The position numbers were made by a program, and so were the translations under genes. A DNA stretch of 64,000 bases from Naegleria gruberi (taxonomy: Eukaryota): NCBI GenBank assembly GCA_000004985.1, contig GG738880.1. One strand, 5' to 3'. Shown piece after piece: positions 59,676-64,000 of this stretch; position 1 is the first letter of the stretch; every line of letters begins with the position of its first letter. The notes beneath the pieces were generated by a model. The model had not been told where the DNA came from and ran no database searches. It saw only the letters and a program-made list of their open reading frames with translations.

Positions 59676-60605
59676 ATAAAATGAGCGAGTTGGAGCATAA
59701 TCTTTGATTTTATGTCAAAGGTCTATAGTAAAATGATAGAGTTGACAACTCAATATCTACTGAACCAAAATTAATGAAATTGATATTATATGCTAATTAG
59801 AGTGTCTACATATCATGGTATTAATTTCAGTGAAAATGGAGTTGTTTCTATATCTTTCAGATTTCCAGCCATTCTCTTGAAATATCACCATGTACTATCT
59901 ACTGAATGCATTTGTTGAAATGAAATTATATAATTTGATGAAATTACACTTTATTTGAGATGTAGAACACGATATTATCATTTATTTTGAGATTGGTAAC
60001 TTTTCCTATAGTGTCATCCTTAATTGTCTTAATTGACTAAAAAAGGTCAAGGAGATATTTCAAAATATAAAATAAATTATATTTTCGAGATGTACTATTG
60101 ATTTCCAATCGATTGATATGTATTTTGTTGATTGACGAAGTGGTTCTCTATTTGAAGATTTCCTCCTTGATCTTTAAAGACAACCTTGAAATTTCACCCT
60201 TTACCTTACTGAAAGATAGAATATTCTCCAAAATGTCTGAAAATTGAACCATATACATTATTTGAGATGTTGAACATGGTGGTAAAGTTGCATAGAGTGG
60301 TCATTTTCCAGATTTTCATCCATGTCCACAGTTGACTAATTGGTATGATAGAGTTGAAATCATGAACATGAAAGTGAAAATAAACTTGATTTTCTATCTC
60401 TACTCGTAGAGTGAAGCATTTTCATGTATATATTGTTGGTTGAAGTGATGTATTTGATAGAGTTAGTGTGACTTGTCTTTCCTTAAAGTCAACCATAAAA
60501 TATCAACATTTACCTTCCCATTATACCATTTCTGATTATTAAGACATGAAATTGAATTCTATATCATTATATATCATGTACATCATTTTGGTAAAGTTTT
60601 AATAG

Positions 60606-60906
60606 GTGGTTTGGGTTTGGGTTTGGGTTTGGGTTTGGGTTTGGGTTTGGGTTTGGGTTTGGGTTTGGGTTTGGGTTTGGGTTTGGGTTTGGGTTTGGGT
60701 TTGGGTTTGGGTTTGGGTTTGGGTTTGGGTTTGGGTTTGGGTTTGGGTTTGGGTTTGGGTTTGGGTTTGGGTTTGGGTTTGGGTTTGGGTTTGGGTTTGG
60801 GTTTGGGTTTGGGTTTGGGTTTGGGTTGGGTTTGGGTTTGGGTTTGGGTTTGGGTTTGGGTTTGGGTTTGGGTTTGGGTTTGGGTTTGGGTTTGGGTTTG
60901 GGTTAA
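60606..60906 (+). repeat. (GGGTTT)n hexanucleotide array of about 50 units with one GGGTT variant. Telomere-like, G-rich strand on the plus strand, and it ends in a gap.
   Basis: Perfect 6-bp periodicity with a single 5-mer variant near 60826. The three 'ORFs' over it (GLGL, WVWV, PKPK/TQTQ) are artefacts of the open frames of a hexamer repeat. Confidence 0.9.
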
Positions 60907-60956
60907 NNNNNNNNNNNNNNNNNNNNNNNNNNNNNNNNNNNNNNNNNNNNNNNNNN
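60907..60956. other. Assembly gap (50 N).
   Basis: A run of N. Confidence 0.99.
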
Positions 60957-61995
60957 AAGGATGAGGATCCAAATGTAACAACCTTTAATTTGTTCGAATC
61001 GTTGAAGGCCATGACGAACATTATTTCAGGTTACGCTTCCACATTTAAGGTAAATTTGAAATTGGAAATTGATTCCAAGATTAAGGACATGTTCGTTCAC
61101 TCAAATTCTTCCAAACTCCACCAAATATTATTAAATTTATTGACAAACGCTGTAAAGGCTTCAAAGCAAGGTGATTCTGTATGGTTAAAAAGTAGACTAT
61201 TGGAAGATTATGGAGATTCTGTAACTGTCAGATTTATTTGTGAAGATACTGGATGCGGAATTCCACAAAATTTGATTTCTTCTATTTTTGAACCATTCGT
61301 GCAATTACAAAACAGCTCACAATCCAAAGTGCCAAGTTCTGGACTCGGACTCACTACTGTTTCACATCTAATCAAATCGATGGATGGTCAAATTAGCGTT
61401 CTCTCTCAAGTCGGAAAAGGAAGTATTTTCACAGTTGATTTGCCATTCAAATTAAAACCAAGCAAGTTCCAAGAAAATAGTGATCGTAATGGTAATCCAG
61501 AAGATAGGCGATCAAAACTTCACCTTAGCGTTCATAAGAGCTATTTAACAATGATGACAGACTTGGAAAAGAATGAAAAAGAAAAGGAGAAAAAGTCAAA
61601 GTTTAATTCTAAAATATTGATTGCAGAAGATAATCCTATTAACAGAAAAGTTATTGTCAAGATGATAAATAGTTTAGGGCACGAAACAGATTATGTTTGT
61701 GATGGAAAGGAACTGGTTGAGAACTTTAATCCAAAAACTCACAAGGTTGTAATTACAGATATGGTATGTTGAAAAATCAATATTTAATGTATGCTCATCT
61801 AATTAGAATATGCCAAATATGAATGGATTGGAAGCTACTAAGGTTCTAAGAGAAAAATATGGAGATTCATTCAAGATTTATTTATTAACAGGTAATGTGA
61901 CAGTCTCTTTGACAGATGTTGATGATATGGGTTTATTGGATGGCATTCTAACAAAGCCCTGTTCTAAACAAGAGCTTGAGAAATGTATTACGTAA
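60957..61995 (+). CDS. Hybrid sensor histidine kinase, 3' part (HATPase_c catalytic domain plus receiver domain). The 5' end is lost in the gap. Exons are 60957..61763 and 61807..61995.
   Basis: N-box is LLNLLTNAVKAS, G1 is EDTGCGIP, G2 is SGLGLT. The receiver opens with KILIAEDNPINRKVIVKMINSLGHETDYVCDGKELVENF...VVITDM. A 43-nt GTATGT..AATTAG intron leads in frame to NMPNMNGLEATKVLREK...IYLLTGN...ILTKP, giving the D-x2-MP receiver signature. A TAA stop is at 61993. Confidence 0.8.
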
Positions 61996-62040
61996 AGTGA
62001 ATTTGGCAAGTGTCAAGACCTGTCAAATTGATGAAAAAAA

Positions 62041-62932
62041 ATGAATAGAGAAGATGTTCTTCTAATGTTGCATGATAAACCGAATGAAAATGCAAATAGC
62101 TTGTTTGAACTATTGAAAATTAGAATGATGACAAGCAAAACCTCTAAAATTTCAAATCAATTTACAAAAGTAATTCGTATTGATAATTGTAAACATGTGG
62201 AAACGCTTGGAACGCCAAATAAATATGGAAAGCCTGCACGAGGACTCAACAACAAATTCTTCTTCAATATTCCGATGGATATTACTATTTCATACAGGCA
62301 CGAAACAATTTATGTTTGCGACTACAAAAATTACAAAATTCAAACATTTGATTTGGCTACCAAACAATTTATCACTTCAATTTCGACAATTCCGACGTGC
62401 TTTATCTACATTCAAGTGGATGATCAATTTGATCAATTATTTGGATTAGGATTTGATCGTTCCTTATATGTGGGAAAATTTGAGAAACCAAGTAAGGGAA
62501 GAGGTGGATTAAGTTTTGCAAGTTTGGAAAGTATAATCTTCCCATTTCTCTATCCATACAAATCTTTGAAAATTGACCACATTCTTCCATTAGTGACATT
62601 TTCAATCGTTTATGGAAAATTCAAGGCAATTCAGAATTGGAGTATTGAGAACGATGGATTTGAATATTGTAAATTTGATGCAAGTTGATTTTGATGAACA
62701 AGATCCAAGTGATGGGGACAAAGTATTGTATTTGGATGGAAGAGGCAATTTATGTATTCTTTCATTCCCTCTTGTTAAAAGTATACCCTTGTCAATTGTG
62801 AATTCAAGGAAACAAGCTCACTTTGGCCAATTTGAAACATTATTTGAGTTTACAGAAAAGATTTCAAATGTGTTCAAGATAGCAACTGAGCAATCGTCTG
62901 GGAATATATTAATTTCCATACCAATTCCTTTG
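62041..62932 (+). pseudogene. NHL-repeat protein gene, copy 2, lying directly downstream of the HK 3' end. It is disrupted by an ~81-bp internal inversion (62530..62610) and truncated by the gap at 62933.
   Basis: About 97% identical to 50157..51050. The segment 62530..62610 is the reverse complement of copy 1 at about 50648..50728. The correct peptide KMSLMEECGQFSKICMDREMGRLYF is encoded on the minus strand (ORF 62402..62605). The forward frame is broken into ORFs 62041..62688 and 62612..62989. Confidence 0.5.
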
Positions 62933-62982
62933 NNNNNNNNNNNNNNNNNNNNNNNNNNNNNNNNNNNNNNNNNNNNNNNNNN
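62933..62982. other. Assembly gap (50 N).
   Basis: A run of N. Confidence 0.99.
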
Positions 62983-63679
62983 TTATTGAAATACCATGAT
63001 TAACTGATCCATTATAACACATTATAATTGAAAGATTTTAAAATTAATATGATTTGACAATCTTGACATTTATAATTCCCATGATTACACTCCTGACATG
63101 TTGAATGATTTCAAATTGTCATGAAACTGATACAGTAGTGTTTATTCACCTTCACTAAGGTCCTATATCAGTTTCATGATGATCTGTATAGTGGATGTGA
63201 TTGTCACATCCCTATAGGTGTCAAGTAGATCAGCCATGTAGCATGTATGATATGGATGAATGTCAAAATGATATTAATGTATTTCATTATCATGTATAGA
63301 TGTATTGGAAGTGAATTGAAGTGGTATAGATTTCTATCTTCAATGTTAGTATAGGTGAGTTGACAAGTTGAATATTAAATATCCTGATATGATACCTAAG
63401 TATTTGAAATTGATATATATTGTTATTAACATGATTTGCAAGGTGATATATTGATATGAAATGATTTTGAAATGTTTTCATTGATATTCTAATTGTCTAA
63501 TCTATTATATGAAATTAACTTATATAAGTCATTATAATGATGTAATATTATGTTATAATATGATTATATATTCAATTTGGAGTATATTGATATATAATAT
63601 ATTGATTTATAATGAGTATTTATTGAGATAATCAATTAAGATGAATAAAAGTCAAAATGTTGGGTCTGACCTTAGTCGT

Positions 63680-64000
63680 GGGTTTGGGTTTGGGTTTGGG
63701 TTTGGGTTTGGGTTTGGGTTTGGGTTTGGGTTTGGGTTTGGGTTGGGTTGGGTTGGGTTTGGGTTTGGGTTTGGGTTTGGGTTTGGGTTTGGGTTTGGGT
63801 TTGGGTTTGGGTTTGGGTTTGGGTTTGGGTTTGGGTTTGGGTTTGGGTTTGGGTTTGGGTTTGGGTTTGGGTTTGGGTTTGGGTTTGGGTTTGGGTTTGG
63901 GTTTGGGTTTGGGTTTGGGTTTGGGTTTGGGTTTGGGTTTGGGTTTGGGTTTGGGTTTGGGTTTGGGTTTGGGTTTGGGTTTGGGTTTGGGTTTGGGTTT
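63680..64000 (+). repeat. (GGGTTT)n array with three GGGTT variants, running to the window end. Candidate terminal telomeric repeat with the G-strand oriented 5'->3' toward the end.
   Basis: More than 50 perfect hexamer units. It is preceded by a ~700-bp AT-rich ORF-free spacer (62983..63679). It has the same orientation as the array at 60606. Confidence 0.85.

Noticed and set aside
54974-59707. ORFs of about 1,570 codons on both strands composed of X residues.
   Set aside because: They are translations of the 4.7-kb N-gap and not sequence.
60583-61772. ORFs encoding GLGLGL, WVWVWV or PKPK/TQTQ repeats that overlap the (GGGTTT)n array.
   Set aside because: They are open frames of a perfect hexamer repeat. 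The same periodicity on both strands and the absence of any complexity show they are not coding. ORF 60606..61772 only becomes real coding after the gap, at 60957.
1-64000. Prokaryotic-style features, namely CRISPR arrays, operons, IS elements and rho-independent terminators.
   Set aside because: Spliceosomal GT..AG introns, eukaryotic protein families and the absence of SD-linked polycistrons show this is nuclear eukaryotic DNA. No direct-repeat and spacer architecture is present.

Overview
This 64-kb window is from a compact, AT-rich eukaryotic nuclear genome, not a prokaryote or phage. The evidence is high gene density, short GT..AG introns of about 41-260 nt with GTAAGT, GTATGT or GTTTGT donors, ordinary TAA stops, and Asn/Gln/Thr/Ser homopolymer tracts. 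The gene content (coronin, hybrid histidine kinase, Zn2Cys6 factor, class-III cyclase-like sensors) points to a dictyostelid-like amoebozoan, but that placement is an inference. The ORF track was built with alternative start codons (TTG/GTG shown as M) and without splicing, so several adjacent ORF pairs are really single genes joined by short introns. I rebuilt about 20 gene models and reading left to right they are the following. A gene on the minus strand running off the window start. A three-exon membrane protein. A Q/S/T-rich protein with a conserved C-terminal domain. A dual-specificity phosphatase. A Zn(II)2Cys6 factor. An F-box plus Ras-like GTPase fusion. A quinone oxidoreductase. Coronin. 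A giant receptor of about 2,100 aa with Kelch blades, 15 EGF modules, a GPS motif, 7TM and a C-terminal RGS domain. A roughly 1,130-aa alpha-helical protein. A LisH plus HEAT (RELCH-like) protein. A type-5 (purple) acid phosphatase. A protein disulfide isomerase. A Ser/Thr/Pro-rich hypothetical protein. A rhodanese plus DUF2892 protein. A RING plus UIM E3 ligase. Two membrane sensors with a class-III cyclase-like domain, in convergent orientation. A histidine acid phosphatase. The final ~18 kb (46-64 kb) is a fragmented duplicated block with five N-gaps. It holds two ~98%-identical copies of the 5' half of a hybrid histidine kinase, one copy of its 3' half (HATPase plus receiver), and two damaged copies of a downstream NHL-repeat gene. 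It also holds two perfect (GGGTTT)n arrays, one running to the window end, which look like telomeric repeats. No rRNA, tRNA, CRISPR or intact transposon could be supported.
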